Positions 10,937-21,003 are shown, counted from the stretch's first letter. The stretch: 64,000 nucleotides of DNA from Geopsychrobacteraceae bacterium (GCA_963662315.1 OY759353.1:1856001-1920000), one strand, 5' to 3'. The notes: generated from the sequence alone by a model not told the origin. Numbers and translations: made by a program.

Positions 10937-13308
10937 TGCCTATGACCAACAGAATGATCAGCCAAAACGAGATGTCATCCCCCATCGACCGGGCTATAAC
11001 CAACTTTTCCCGTGTGCAGCAAACCCACTACAACACGGAAACGATCCCCTTTGATCATTACCTGGAGCAGGTCACCGCCAATCCAACCAAAGCCATCCGC
11101 AATATATCCCAGGTTTTCTATGACATGATCAAAAGCTATGTCAAAGAAGGTGTCGACGAATATGAAGGGGACCCGGAATCGATTAACTTCATGTATTACG
11201 ACACGACCAAATTGTTTGTCGAAAATGCCGACAACCCCTTCTTTGCCGACCGCCTGTTCAGTAACAGACTGGTCAAGCTGGTCGATAATTTCCGCAGCAG
11301 TATCGCCCAGAACAAGATCTATATTTTCCGCGGCCCGCCCGGCAGCGGCAAAAGTACCTTTCTGGACAATTTACTGCGGGTTCTTGAACAGTATGCAAAC
11401 AGCCCTGCCGGTTGCAGCTTCGAAGCCGTATGGCGCCTGGACCGACGCATGCTCAACCAGTTTAGCGCCGTGCAGATGGACCGTCTGCTGATGAAGCTGG
11501 CCGAAATGATGGATGAGCAGGACCTGCAGGCGTCATCATTGCAGCAGGCCCAGCGCGCTCTGCAGCATGGTGAATTGTATATTGAAGTCCCCTGCCCCAG
11601 CCATGACAGCCCGATTCTGATGATTCCACGCGAATATCGACGTGACTTTTTCGACGATCTGTTTAAAAACGATGAGACCAAATGGAAACTGTTTACCGAA
11701 AAACAATACGAATGGGTGTTTCAGGACACACCATGCACCATCTGTTCATCCATTTATGAAGCATTGATCAGGCGCCTGCACAATCCCAAGCTGGCACTGC
11801 AGATGCTGTTTGCCCGCCATTACCAGTTCAACCGCCGACTCGGTACCGGAATCAGTGTTTTCAACCCAGGGGATCCGGCGCTTAGAAAAAATGTGCTGAC
11901 CAATGAAATCCTGCAGCAGCGCATTAACGCCCTGTTCAAGGACAGCGGTCAGGTCCAGTACCTGTTTTCCAACTTCGCCAAAACCAACAACGGCGTCTAC
12001 GCTCTGATGGATATCAAGGGGGACAATGTCGATCGGCTGCTGAAACTCCACAATATCATCAGTGAGGGAGTTCACAAGGTCGAAGACATTGAGGAGAAGG
12101 TCAATTCACTGTTTATTGCCCTGATGAACCCTGAAGATGAAGACAGTATCAAGAACCTGCCGTCATTATCGGACCGTATTGAATTTATCAAAATCCCCTA
12201 TATTCTTGATTTGCGCACCGAGGTTGAGATTTACCGCAACATTTTCAACCGCCATATTGATGACAGCTTTCTGCCCAGGGTCCTGCACAACTTTGCCCGG
12301 ATTATTATTTCAACCCGCCTCAAGCGCAATTCTGCAGCCATGAAAGACTGGATCAAAAAACCCGAGCGCTACAACAGCTACTGTGACAATAACCTGCACC
12401 TGCTTAAAATGGAGATTTACACCGGAAATATTCCGCCTTGGCTGGAAGAAGATGACCGCAAAGCACTCACCGCCAAACGACGCAAGCAGATTATTGCCGA
12501 ATCTGAAAGTGACGGTGACCAGGGGCTTTCGGGGCGTGACTCCATCCGTATTTTCAGTGAGCTGTATTCCACCCTGGCCAAGCAGGGGACACTCATTAAT
12601 ATGACCATGCTGAACAAGTTTTTCCGCAAAAATGAACTATGGATGCAGATGATTCCAGCTGGTTTTCTTGACGCCTTGATGCATATGTATGACTACACCA
12701 TCACCCAGGAGATCAAAGAAGCGCTCTACTACTACAACGAAGAGCAGATTGATCGAGACCTGAAGAATTACATGTTTGCGGTCAACTTTGAAAACAAGGC
12801 AACGGTTGACTGCATCTATACCGGCGATCGTCTGAACATCAGTGAAGCCTTTTTCCACGCCATTGAAATCCGGCTGTTTGCCGGTGCCGATGATGCCGAG
12901 AAGACACAAAAATTCCGCCGTGACATCCAAAAAGAATACACCAGCAAAACCCTGACACAGGAAATTCAGCTGGAGAAAAAGAATATCAAAGAGACCAAGC
13001 TCTATGCCTATTTATATGAACGCTATGTCCACTTTCTTAAAGAAAAGGTCCTTGAACCGTTTCTGGATAACGAAAATTTCCGCAGCGCCATTAAGGATTT
13101 TGGTCATGACGATTTTAAGACCTACGATACCCGGATACGCAATGATGTGACCTTCCTGATCAACAATCTGTGTGATAAGTTCAACTATTCACGCCTGGGA
13201 GCCAAAGAGGTGTGCCTCTACTTTATCGACAACAAGATTGCGGAGAAAGCAGTAAATCCGCTACCGGTGACCAGTGAAGAAGAATTGGAAACAACTGAAG
13301 CTGATTAA
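10936..13308 (+). CDS. Second, divergent PrkA-family AAA+ protein
   Basis: Walker A GPPGSGKST, CPSHDSP and CTIC, GLSGR; coupled to spoVR. Confidence 0.82.
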   Translation: MPMTNRMISQNEMSSPIDRAITNFSRVQQTHYNTETIPFDHYLEQVTANPTKAIRNISQVFYDMIKSYVKEGVDEYEGDPESINFMYYDTTKLFVENADNPFFADRLFSNRLVKLVDNFRSSIAQNKIYIFRGPPGSGKSTFLDNLLRVLEQYANSPAGCSFEAVWRLDRRMLNQFSAVQMDRLLMKLAEMMDEQDLQASSLQQAQRALQHGELYIEVPCPSHDSPILMIPREYRRDFFDDLFKNDETKWKLFTEKQYEWVFQDTPCTICSSIYEALIRRLHNPKLALQMLFARHYQFNRRLGTGISVFNPGDPALRKNVLTNEILQQRINALFKDSGQVQYLFSNFAKTNNGVYALMDIKGDNVDRLLKLHNIISEGVHKVEDIEEKVNSLFIALMNPEDEDSIKNLPSLSDRIEFIKIPYILDLRTEVEIYRNIFNRHIDDSFLPRVLHNFARIIISTRLKRNSAAMKDWIKKPERYNSYCDNNLHLLKMEIYTGNIPPWLEEDDRKALTAKRRKQIIAESESDGDQGLSGRDSIRIFSELYSTLAKQGTLINMTMLNKFFRKNELWMQMIPAGFLDALMHMYDYTITQEIKEALYYYNEEQIDRDLKNYMFAVNFENKATVDCIYTGDRLNISEAFFHAIEIRLFAGADDAEKTQKFRRDIQKEYTSKTLTQEIQLEKKNIKETKLYAYLYERYVHFLKEKVLEPFLDNENFRSAIKDFGHDDFKTYDTRIRNDVTFLINNLCDKFNYSRLGAKEVCLYFIDNKIAEKAVNPLPVTSEEELETTEAD

Positions 13309-13384
13309 TGTCCTTCAACGCAGTGACCCGCCTTATTACGGTCACAGCGTTGATCTTTCCCGAAAAACCCGTTAGCATCCGCAC

Positions 13385-13798
13385 ATGAACAAAGACACCG
13401 CTCCCAATACAGCTTCAGGCCAGGCTAAACAAACCGTTGAAGATCCAGGCGTTTATGCGCCGGGATTGAAAAAAATCAGAGTCAGGCGACGCTGGTTATG
13501 GCTGGTCATTCTTGTTTATCTGCCAGCCATGAAACTAGCGCTGGATTCACCCGATTATCGCTTCTGGGCCATGATGGTCTTTGGAACCTGGTTGCTCCTG
13601 CTGATCCTGGCGGTGGGATTTGCCTGTGTCTTACGCTGCCCTCGCTGTGGACAGCTGTTTCATACTCATGGACCAACCTTTCTACCATTGCGGCGTTGTC
13701 TGCACTGTACTCTTCATGTCAACGCGGATAAACGCCCGGCAGAGCCTCCACCACCTGATAAACTTGCAGCTGGCAGCAATAAAAACCGCCCCACATAA
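13385..13798 (+). CDS. Small two-TM membrane protein with C-terminal CPxCG...RRCxHC zinc ribbon
   Basis: Two hydrophobic helices, RCPRCGQLFH and RRCLHC; paralogue lies immediately downstream. Confidence 0.65.
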   Translation: MNKDTAPNTASGQAKQTVEDPGVYAPGLKKIRVRRRWLWLVILVYLPAMKLALDSPDYRFWAMMVFGTWLLLLILAVGFACVLRCPRCGQLFHTHGPTFLPLRRCLHCTLHVNADKRPAEPPPPDKLAAGSNKNRPT

Positions 13799-13831
13799 TC
13801 GCAAACAACTCAGATCGGACACAGAAAGCCT

Positions 13832-14143
13832 ATGGAAACGACCGGTAAAAGTAACCTAGAGCTGGAACAGGGCCTGAAAAAAATCCACCACAGACGCTGG
13901 TTTCTCTGGATTTTGATCATCATCTATCTGCCCATGATGATGCTTGCCATGCGTGCCGCCAATGCCGGGCAGATGATTATCATCGCCTTTATCTCTTGGC
14001 TGCTTCTGTTAATCATCGCTGTTGCGCTGCTGGCCTTGGCCCGTTGCCCCCAATGCGGAAACTGCTTCCATATGAACGGTTATTCGTTTCGCCCCGTGCG
14101 CAGGTGCTTTCACTGCGGACTTCATATTAAGGGGAATAAATAA
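13832..14143 (+). CDS. Small two-TM zinc-ribbon membrane protein (tandem paralogue)
   Basis: GLKKI..RRW.W..I..YLP.M and RCPQCG..FH...RRCFHC shared with the preceding ORF. Confidence 0.7.
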   Translation: METTGKSNLELEQGLKKIHHRRWFLWILIIIYLPMMMLAMRAANAGQMIIIAFISWLLLLIIAVALLALARCPQCGNCFHMNGYSFRPVRRCFHCGLHIKGNK

Positions 14144-14163
14144 AATAAATTTCAGCCCCCCTA

Positions 14164-14196
14164 TTGATATTGAAATCAGCTTTCAGCTAATATCAA
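14164..14196. promoter_or_regulatory. Fur-like operator upstream of the BFD ferredoxin
   Basis: TGAAA-TCAGC-TTTCA (14171-14185) nested within a TTGATATT...AATATCAA inverted repeat. Confidence 0.55.
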
Positions 14197-14279
14197 AATC
14201 AGCAAGCGAAGTTAGCCTCTCTAACTCTGTGTAACCCATAATTAAACTTATCAATCTATTAAAGAATTAAGGAAACGAT

Positions 14280-14507
14280 ATGTCACAAAACGAAACTATC
14301 TGTCATTGTCTGGGTGTTGATTCTCAAACTATTCGTGAAGCTATCAGCGAAAAATCCGCATCATCGGTAGAAGAAATTCAGGACATCACTGGAGCAGGTA
14401 CTGGTTGCGGTGGCTGTGTAGAAGATATTGAAAGTATCCTTGCTGAAGGGTCTTCTTCATGCGGCTGTGGCGATAAAGCCCCTAAGACGTGTGGCTGCAG
14501 TCACTAA
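14280..14507 (+). CDS. BFD-like [2Fe-2S] protein with Cys-rich tail
   Basis: ICHC...GAGTGCGGC motif; tail CGCG...CGCSH; SD AAGGA. Confidence 0.85.
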   Translation: MSQNETICHCLGVDSQTIREAISEKSASSVEEIQDITGAGTGCGGCVEDIESILAEGSSSCGCGDKAPKTCGCSH

Positions 14508-14529
14508 TACTAATTTTTAGCTTTCCCTT

Positions 14530-14566
14530 AAGCCCCTGATTCTTGGTTAGTCAGGGGCTTTTTTAT
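14530..14566 (+). terminator. Rho-independent terminator
   Basis: AAGCCCCTGA...TCAGGGGCTT stem followed by a T-run. Confidence 0.85.
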
Positions 14567-14835
14567 TTCACCCGGCCTGTCAAATCTCCTACCCTCGGAA
14601 TGAAACCTCTCAGATCGACAAAAACTTATTGCCACATAAAAAGCTCTGACCCCCACCGCTATTAGCAGCCTTTGTTACGACAACAAACAGCATATTCAAT
14701 TTTTTACACTATAATACAATTATTTCAGCCTTTGTCCTAGACAAATATACAACCACTCGATATATTACTAGAAAGGTATTAGTTGTACAGGAAGAACCGT
14801 ACAAATCCTTAATCAGATCAACAGGGGGAAAGCCC

Positions 14836-15411
14836 ATGAAAAAAGCTAAGCAACTCAAACAGCGTAGCTCATTTTTCTTCATATTTATCGCAGCGCTGAT
14901 GCTGCTACCCATATCAGGTTGCGCTATCGATATGACCACCTATGCCGATAACCGTCCGGTATTCGACCTGTTTAACTACTTTTCAGGGACGACCCGTGGC
15001 TGGGGAATTGTGCAGGATCGCAAAGGGGAACTGCTGCGCCAGTTTGTCGTCACAATTGAAGGGACAAGAAACGCTGCCGGAGAACTGATTCTCGATGAGA
15101 CATTTTACTGGAGTGATGGCGAAATCAGTGAACGGACCTGGGTTATCGCCAGAGAGGATCGCAACAGATTCACTGGCAGCGCAGGCGATGTTATTGGCAG
15201 CGCACAAGGGCAGAGTGTCGGGAATGTCCTCAATTGGCATTACCAGGTTGAAATTCCAGTTTCCGACACAACCTGGAACATCAGCTTTGACGATTGGATG
15301 TTCCTGCAACCAGACGGTGTCCTGCTGAACCGGGCGCAAATGAGCAAATTCGGCTTCCGCGTTGGTGAAGAGACCATCGCCTTTATAAAAACGCCCGCAA
15401 AGGAGAACTGA
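14836..15411 (+). CDS. DUF3833 family lipoprotein
   Basis: Lipobox ISGC; YFSG.T.GWG.VQDR.G, FDDWM and SKFGFRVG motifs. Confidence 0.85.
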   Translation: MKKAKQLKQRSSFFFIFIAALMLLPISGCAIDMTTYADNRPVFDLFNYFSGTTRGWGIVQDRKGELLRQFVVTIEGTRNAAGELILDETFYWSDGEISERTWVIAREDRNRFTGSAGDVIGSAQGQSVGNVLNWHYQVEIPVSDTTWNISFDDWMFLQPDGVLLNRAQMSKFGFRVGEETIAFIKTPAKEN

Positions 15412-15412
15412 A

Positions 15413-15946
15413 ATGAAAACCATCAGCCAGATTCTAAGCATAGGCCTTTTCTGTCTTCATTTCAGCCTGGTCATGGCAACGGCCAAAGACACATTACCGC
15501 AGGACATGAACTTGCTCGGGCAGGGGGAGGTCCGCTACCTGAAGTTGATTAAGGTCTATTCAGCCAAGTTGTATGCCACGAAGAAAGATATGGACCAGAA
15601 TCCTTCTCGCTGTCTGGTCCTTGAATATGCGGTCAGCCTGCAGCCCCAAGACATGATTACCGCTGCCAATACGGTCCTTGAAAAGCAGTATTCAGCCGCG
15701 ACACTCGCCCGCTTTCAAAGCCAGATTACCGATCTGCACAGTAGCTACCAAAAAGTCTCAGAAGGAGATCACTACAGCCTGTGTTACGACTCAGTCCGCC
15801 AGGTGACGACATTGTCACTTAACAACCAGCTGCTGACCACTATTCCTTCTGCAGAATTTGCTCAACTGTATTTTGGTATCTGGCTTTCCGCGAATAAGCC
15901 GATTGATGCTGCTCTGCAGCGCCAGTTGCTAGCGTCCCGTGAATAA
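15413..15946 (+). CDS. Chalcone-isomerase-like periplasmic (lipid-binding) protein
   Basis: Signal peptide; G.GE.RYL..IKVY.A.LY and F...YFGIWL motifs; operon context. Confidence 0.75.
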   Translation: MKTISQILSIGLFCLHFSLVMATAKDTLPQDMNLLGQGEVRYLKLIKVYSAKLYATKKDMDQNPSRCLVLEYAVSLQPQDMITAANTVLEKQYSAATLARFQSQITDLHSSYQKVSEGDHYSLCYDSVRQVTTLSLNNQLLTTIPSAEFAQLYFGIWLSANKPIDAALQRQLLASRE

Positions 15947-15957
15947 GGAGGGCGATC

Positions 15958-16383
15958 ATGATTGCACTTGAACGCTTCATCAGCACTTACCAGAAGCTTG
16001 ATAAGAACAATCTGTCTAGGCTCAGTTCTGTCTACAGTAGCAATATCATCTTTACTGATCCGTTGCATGAGATCAGCGGTCTTGATTCGTTAATGAATTA
16101 TTTTAAAAGCCTTTATCAGAATGTCGATGCTGTCACCTTCGTTTTTGGTGAAACGATTGCCGAGCAAGACAGAGCCACCATCACCTGGGTCATGACCGTC
16201 CGTCATCCGCGCCTGAACGGCGGACAGGCATTTAACGTCGATGGAGTCAGCTGCCTGCACTTCAATACGGAAGGACTGGTTAGCGCTCACCGTGACTATT
16301 TTGATCTTGGTGCCCTGCTCTATGAACAGATCCCGCTGCTAAAGCGGATCATCAAAAAGATCAAAGAAAGGCTGACATCATGA
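15958..16383 (+). CDS. SnoaL/NTF2-like protein
   Basis: YS..I.F.DP, HPRLNGG and HRDYFD motifs. Confidence 0.85.
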   Translation: MIALERFISTYQKLDKNNLSRLSSVYSSNIIFTDPLHEISGLDSLMNYFKSLYQNVDAVTFVFGETIAEQDRATITWVMTVRHPRLNGGQAFNVDGVSCLHFNTEGLVSAHRDYFDLGALLYEQIPLLKRIIKKIKERLTS

Positions 16384-17099
16384 TTATCGTTATTACCGGG
16401 GCAACCTCCGGCATCGGTCGCCAGCTCGCTCTCGATTATCACCAGGAGGGGCATGATGTCTGGGCTATCGGTCGCTCGGCTCAAGCGTTAAAAGAATTAG
16501 CCGATCAGGGCCTCAAAACCGCCCAAATTGATTTGCTCGACCGTAAGCAGTCACTGGCATGGTTTGCAAATCTCGAGCGGGTTGACCTTGCGATTCTGGC
16601 GGCTGGGACCTGCGAATACATTGACCTGCCTGACTTTGACAGTGCTTTGGTCAGTCGCGTCATGCGTGCCAATGTCGATACCATGGCTATTGCGATTGAA
16701 GGGTTGCTCCCGGCGCTGAGGCACAGCGTTAAGCCAAAACTGGTCGGTGTTGGATCCGCTGCCGCGTACCTGCCCATGCCCCGTGCCGAAGCCTATGGCG
16801 CATCAAAAGCAGCGATTAACTACCTGCTTGACACCCTGCGTATCAGTTTAAGCAAAGAGGGTATCCTGGTCAGCCATGTCTGTCCGGGCTTTGTCAAAAC
16901 ACCGTTGACCGATCGCAACGACTTTCCCATGCCTTTTCTGATTGATGTTACAGACGCCAGCAAAGCCATCAGGGAGGGGATTGCCCATAACCGGCTGGAA
17001 ATTCATTTCCCTAAAAAATTCACCCTGCTGCTGAAAGCGCTGGCATTACTGCCTGACTGGCTGTGGTGCAGGCTCGCCCAAAGGATGATCCGCTCATGA
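16380..17099 (+). CDS. Short-chain dehydrogenase/reductase
   Basis: TGATSGIG, YGASK, PGFVKTPLT. Confidence 0.92.
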   Translation: MIIVITGATSGIGRQLALDYHQEGHDVWAIGRSAQALKELADQGLKTAQIDLLDRKQSLAWFANLERVDLAILAAGTCEYIDLPDFDSALVSRVMRANVDTMAIAIEGLLPALRHSVKPKLVGVGSAAAYLPMPRAEAYGASKAAINYLLDTLRISLSKEGILVSHVCPGFVKTPLTDRNDFPMPFLIDVTDASKAIREGIAHNRLEIHFPKKFTLLLKALALLPDWLWCRLAQRMIRS

Positions 17100-18328
17100 A
17101 AAAAGTTGCTGTTATCGGTTCCGGAATTGCAGGATTGACCTGTGCCTACTACCTTTGTCGTCGCTACCAGGTGACCGTTTTCGAGGCCAACGATTATATC
17201 GGCGGACATACGCATACCATACCGGTCGATTATGATCACGAACAGACCGCAATTGATACCGGCTTTATCGTCTTCAACAACCGTACCTATCCCAACTTCA
17301 TCCGTCTGATGGATGAGCTGAAGGTTCCCTATCAGCCAACGGAGATGAGTTTTTCGGTGCGCAACGATGCCATCGAACTGGAATATAACGGTCGCAATCT
17401 GCACACCCTGTTCGCTCAGCGAAGCAACCTGACCAACCCGACATTCTGGCGCATGCTGTGGGATATTCAACGCTTTAACCGCCAGGTCAGCAAAGCGGCG
17501 CAAGCAGGAAGCATGGCCACCATCGGTAACTATCTGGATTCAACCCGTTTCGGTGAGTTGTTTGCTAAAAACTATCTATTGCCCATGATCTCAGCAATCT
17601 GGTCGATGGGACTGGAAGAAAGTCGCCAGTTTCCGCTGCGCTTTTTTGTTCAATTTTTTGAAAATCACGGTCTGCTTAACATTGTCCATCGCCCCCAGTG
17701 GTATTCCATTATTGGCGGGTCTCACAGTTATATTCCGCTGATAACAGCACCGTACCGTAATAACATTCGCCTCTTAAGTCCAGTGACCGAGATTAACCGT
17801 GGCCAGCAGTCGGTTTTAGTGCGTGGACCATGGGGAGAAGAGCGCTTTGACGAAGTGATTCTTGCCTGCCATGGCGATCAGGCATTGCAATTGCTAACGA
17901 CACCGACAGATGCAGAACAAAGAATTCTGGGCGATCTGACTTTCACCGATAACCTCGTGGTTCTGCATACCGACACCAGTATTCTTCCCAAAAACAATAA
18001 AGCCTGGGCAAGTTGGAATTACCGGGTCGAACCAGATAACCAAAAACCGACCCTGACCTACAATATGAACATTCTGCAACAGTTGCACAAAAAGCATACC
18101 TACCTGGTCACCCTGAACCAGGAGATCGCTGCCGATAAAATTCTTGGCACCTTCAACTATTCACATCCGGCCTATACGCTGAAAACATTGGCGGCCCAAG
18201 CTCAGTGGCGGCAGATTTCAGGGGCTGATCGAGTCCACTTTTGCGGTGCCTATTGGTTTAATGGCTTCCATGAGGACGGCGTCAACAGCGCTTTACGGGT
18301 GTGCAAAGATTTGGGGGTAACACCATGA
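17096..18328 (+). CDS. FAD-dependent oxidoreductase (amine oxidase/desaturase-like, cfa-associated)
   Basis: GSGIAG, GGHTHT, DTGFIVFN, GFHEDG; ATGA overlap with the SDR gives start 17096. Confidence 0.9.
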   Translation: MKKVAVIGSGIAGLTCAYYLCRRYQVTVFEANDYIGGHTHTIPVDYDHEQTAIDTGFIVFNNRTYPNFIRLMDELKVPYQPTEMSFSVRNDAIELEYNGRNLHTLFAQRSNLTNPTFWRMLWDIQRFNRQVSKAAQAGSMATIGNYLDSTRFGELFAKNYLLPMISAIWSMGLEESRQFPLRFFVQFFENHGLLNIVHRPQWYSIIGGSHSYIPLITAPYRNNIRLLSPVTEINRGQQSVLVRGPWGEERFDEVILACHGDQALQLLTTPTDAEQRILGDLTFTDNLVVLHTDTSILPKNNKAWASWNYRVEPDNQKPTLTYNMNILQQLHKKHTYLVTLNQEIAADKILGTFNYSHPAYTLKTLAAQAQWRQISGADRVHFCGAYWFNGFHEDGVNSALRVCKDLGVTP

Positions 18329-19071
18329 CACAAGTTTCATCAGGTCTGTGTATCGGCACTATTGAGCACGAGCGCTACCTCCCCAAAGAGCACCGTTTTC
18401 GCTATCCGTTCTTCATGTGGCTGCTCAATCTTGATCAGGTTGCTTCCCTGCCGGACCTGGGGATCTGGTTTTCACCGCGCCGCTTTGCCTTAAGTCGTTT
18501 TAGACGCAGTGACTATCTGGGCGCCCCGGAGACACCCCTGCATGAGGCCGTCAAGCAGCGCATGCAGCAGCTCACCGGGGTTACAGTAACAGGCGAGGTT
18601 TACGGACTGCTCAACCTGAATACCCTGGGGCTCTATTTCAGCCCGGTCAATTTCTATTTCGGCTACAATAGCGACGGAACCTGCAGCCACTTTCTGGCAG
18701 AAGTTTCAAACACACCTTGGAATGAGCGGCATCACTACGGCTTTACCGTCAATGGAGAAACGCTTGATATTCGCCACGCCAAGCAGTTCCATGTGTCCCC
18801 TTTCAACCCGGATAACCAGCAGTATCATTGGGCGATAACGCCTCCGGGGGACCAGTTGGCCATTGATATCGCCGTCGATGATGAGCGGGGACACGTCTTT
18901 AAGGCCATACTCAGACTGGCCCATAAACCGCTGACACTTCCCGTAGTGCGCCGCCAACTCCTGAAACGTCCGCTCATGACCGGCCTGACACTGATCGGCA
19001 TCTACTGGCAGGCGCTGCGTATTTATCTGAAGAAGATCCCTTATGTCCCTTACCAGAAGGAGAACCTATGA
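18325..19071 (+). CDS. DUF1365 family protein
   Basis: H.R..P..H.FRY, FSPVNFY, AEVSNTPW.ERH, K.FHVSPF, IYWQAL; ATGA overlap gives start 18325. Confidence 0.9.
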   Translation: MTQVSSGLCIGTIEHERYLPKEHRFRYPFFMWLLNLDQVASLPDLGIWFSPRRFALSRFRRSDYLGAPETPLHEAVKQRMQQLTGVTVTGEVYGLLNLNTLGLYFSPVNFYFGYNSDGTCSHFLAEVSNTPWNERHHYGFTVNGETLDIRHAKQFHVSPFNPDNQQYHWAITPPGDQLAIDIAVDDERGHVFKAILRLAHKPLTLPVVRRQLLKRPLMTGLTLIGIYWQALRIYLKKIPYVPYQKENL

Positions 19072-20315
19072 AAACCCTCAATCCGGCCAGGGAATGGCAA
19101 ACATCGAAGCCGCAACATTCATTTCTTGAGCGCAACTGTAAAATGCTGGTGCTCAAACTTCTTAACCAACTCCGCGAAGGACAGCTCACCCTGCGCGAAG
19201 GGGGACAGGAACTGCTTTTTGGCCAGGCTGACACGGATATCCGGGCTAGCATCAATGTCAAACATGGCTCTTTTTATCGTAAAGTGCTGTTCGGGGGCTC
19301 CATTGGTGCTGCCGACGCTTACATCGATGGGGACTGGGAGACGGAAGATCTGACCACCGTCATCCGTATTCTGGCGCGCAATCAACAGGTATTGCAACAG
19401 CTGGAGAAGCGCTTTGCCCTGCTGACGATCCCGGTTCAGCGGCTGCGTCACCTGTTACGCCGTAACAACCACAGTGGTTCAAAGAAAAACATCCTCGCTC
19501 ACTATGACCTTGGCAATGCCATGTATCAGACCTTTCTTGACCCGACCATGATGTATTCAGCAGCGATCTATCCGACCCCGGATAGTACATTGGATAAGGC
19601 CGCTGTTTACAAGCTCGATCATATCTGTCAAAGACTGCAGCTGAAACCTGAAGATCACGTCATTGAAATCGGCACTGGCTGGGGCGGCTTTGCCATTCAT
19701 GCCGCGGCCAACTATGGCTGCAAAGTCACCACAACCACCATTTCGGATGCCCAGCATGAGGAAGCAGGCAGGCGCATCAGGGCCGCCGGGCTGGAAGATA
19801 AAATCACGCTGCTAAAGCAGGACTACCGCGAGCTTAAAGGGCAATACGACAAACTAGTCAGTATCGAAATGATCGAAGCGGTCGGCTACAACTACCTGCC
19901 TGAGTTCTTTAAAACCTGTTCACGCCTGATCAAAGCCGATGGCATGATGATGCTCCAGGCCATTACCCTGAATGACCAGCAATACCAGGACTACCTACGC
20001 GGGGTCGACTTTATCCAGAGTCATGTTTTTCCGGGCGGATGCATCCTCTCCAACCAGACCCTGTTTAACCAGGTTGCTGAACACACGGATATGGTGGTCC
20101 GCAATCTCGAAGACATCGGGCTGCACTACGCCCGCACCCTGGAGGACTGGCGCTCCAGATTTTCCGCCAACAGCAAAAAAGTCACAGAACTTGGTTACGA
20201 TGAGCGTTTCCGGCGTTTATGGGATTTTTATTTCAGTTATTGTGAGGGAGGCTTCCGGGAACGGACCATCAGTACCGTCCAACTGACGGCAGCCAAACCC
20301 GCGCAGCTCAATTAA
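19068..20315 (+). CDS. cfa: Cyclopropane-fatty-acyl-phospholipid synthase family SAM methyltransferase
   Basis: NILAHYDLGN, MMYS, EIGTGWG, SIEMIEAVG, FPGG, YCEGGF. Confidence 0.92.
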   Translation: MKTLNPAREWQTSKPQHSFLERNCKMLVLKLLNQLREGQLTLREGGQELLFGQADTDIRASINVKHGSFYRKVLFGGSIGAADAYIDGDWETEDLTTVIRILARNQQVLQQLEKRFALLTIPVQRLRHLLRRNNHSGSKKNILAHYDLGNAMYQTFLDPTMMYSAAIYPTPDSTLDKAAVYKLDHICQRLQLKPEDHVIEIGTGWGGFAIHAAANYGCKVTTTTISDAQHEEAGRRIRAAGLEDKITLLKQDYRELKGQYDKLVSIEMIEAVGYNYLPEFFKTCSRLIKADGMMMLQAITLNDQQYQDYLRGVDFIQSHVFPGGCILSNQTLFNQVAEHTDMVVRNLEDIGLHYARTLEDWRSRFSANSKKVTELGYDERFRRLWDFYFSYCEGGFRERTISTVQLTAAKPAQLN

Positions 20316-20328
20316 CCGGGTAGCGGCC

Positions 20329-20835
20329 ATGAGACTCGTGCTTAACATTATCAACTATCAGGTCATCTGGTTGCTGTGCGTCATCAGCGGCAACCGGATG
20401 GTCTGGCTTGCTCTGCTGCTGATCGGTGGTCATCTGTTTTTCAGTAACCAGCGGCGAAATGATCTGATCCTGATCATGAGCCTGGCGCTTGGCGGTATAA
20501 TCATCGATGGTAGTCTTAAACAATTGGGACTATTCAGCTTCTCCGAGGACAACTACCCTATTCCCTACTGGCTCATCATCATCTGGATGGCCCTTGCCAC
20601 GCTCCTAAACCACAGCCTTAACTGGTTAAAAGGAAAATATGCACTTGCCGCATTGCTGGGGAGCATAGGTGGCCCGTTAGCCTACTGGGGGGGAGTTCGC
20701 TTTGATGCTGCAGTGTTTCTCTGGCCGCTGCCTTTAAGCCTGGCAGTACTGATGCTGATCTGGGGTATTCTCACACCGCTGCTGTTGAAAGGAAGCGATA
20801 AGATCAACACTTCAAGTTTCACTGACCGCAGATAA
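20329..20835 (+). CDS. DUF2878 family membrane protein
   Basis: YQ..W..CV, P.WL...W, LNHSL.WL and GGPL.Y.GG motifs; ends the cfa operon. Confidence 0.82.
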   Translation: MRLVLNIINYQVIWLLCVISGNRMVWLALLLIGGHLFFSNQRRNDLILIMSLALGGIIIDGSLKQLGLFSFSEDNYPIPYWLIIIWMALATLLNHSLNWLKGKYALAALLGSIGGPLAYWGGVRFDAAVFLWPLPLSLAVLMLIWGILTPLLLKGSDKINTSSFTDRR

Positions 20836-21003
20836 TTCCGGTGTTTTTACAAAGTTCATTTCCAGTTCCGCCCCCCTCCTATACTGCGTTCATCGTTGTC
20901 TAAAACAGCTCGAGAGAAGAAATAATCTCCCGAGCTATCACATCGCACTATCGGCAGTGGCCGCTGCTGCAGCCCATCCTATGAGTTTATTCCTGTACAA
21001 TTC

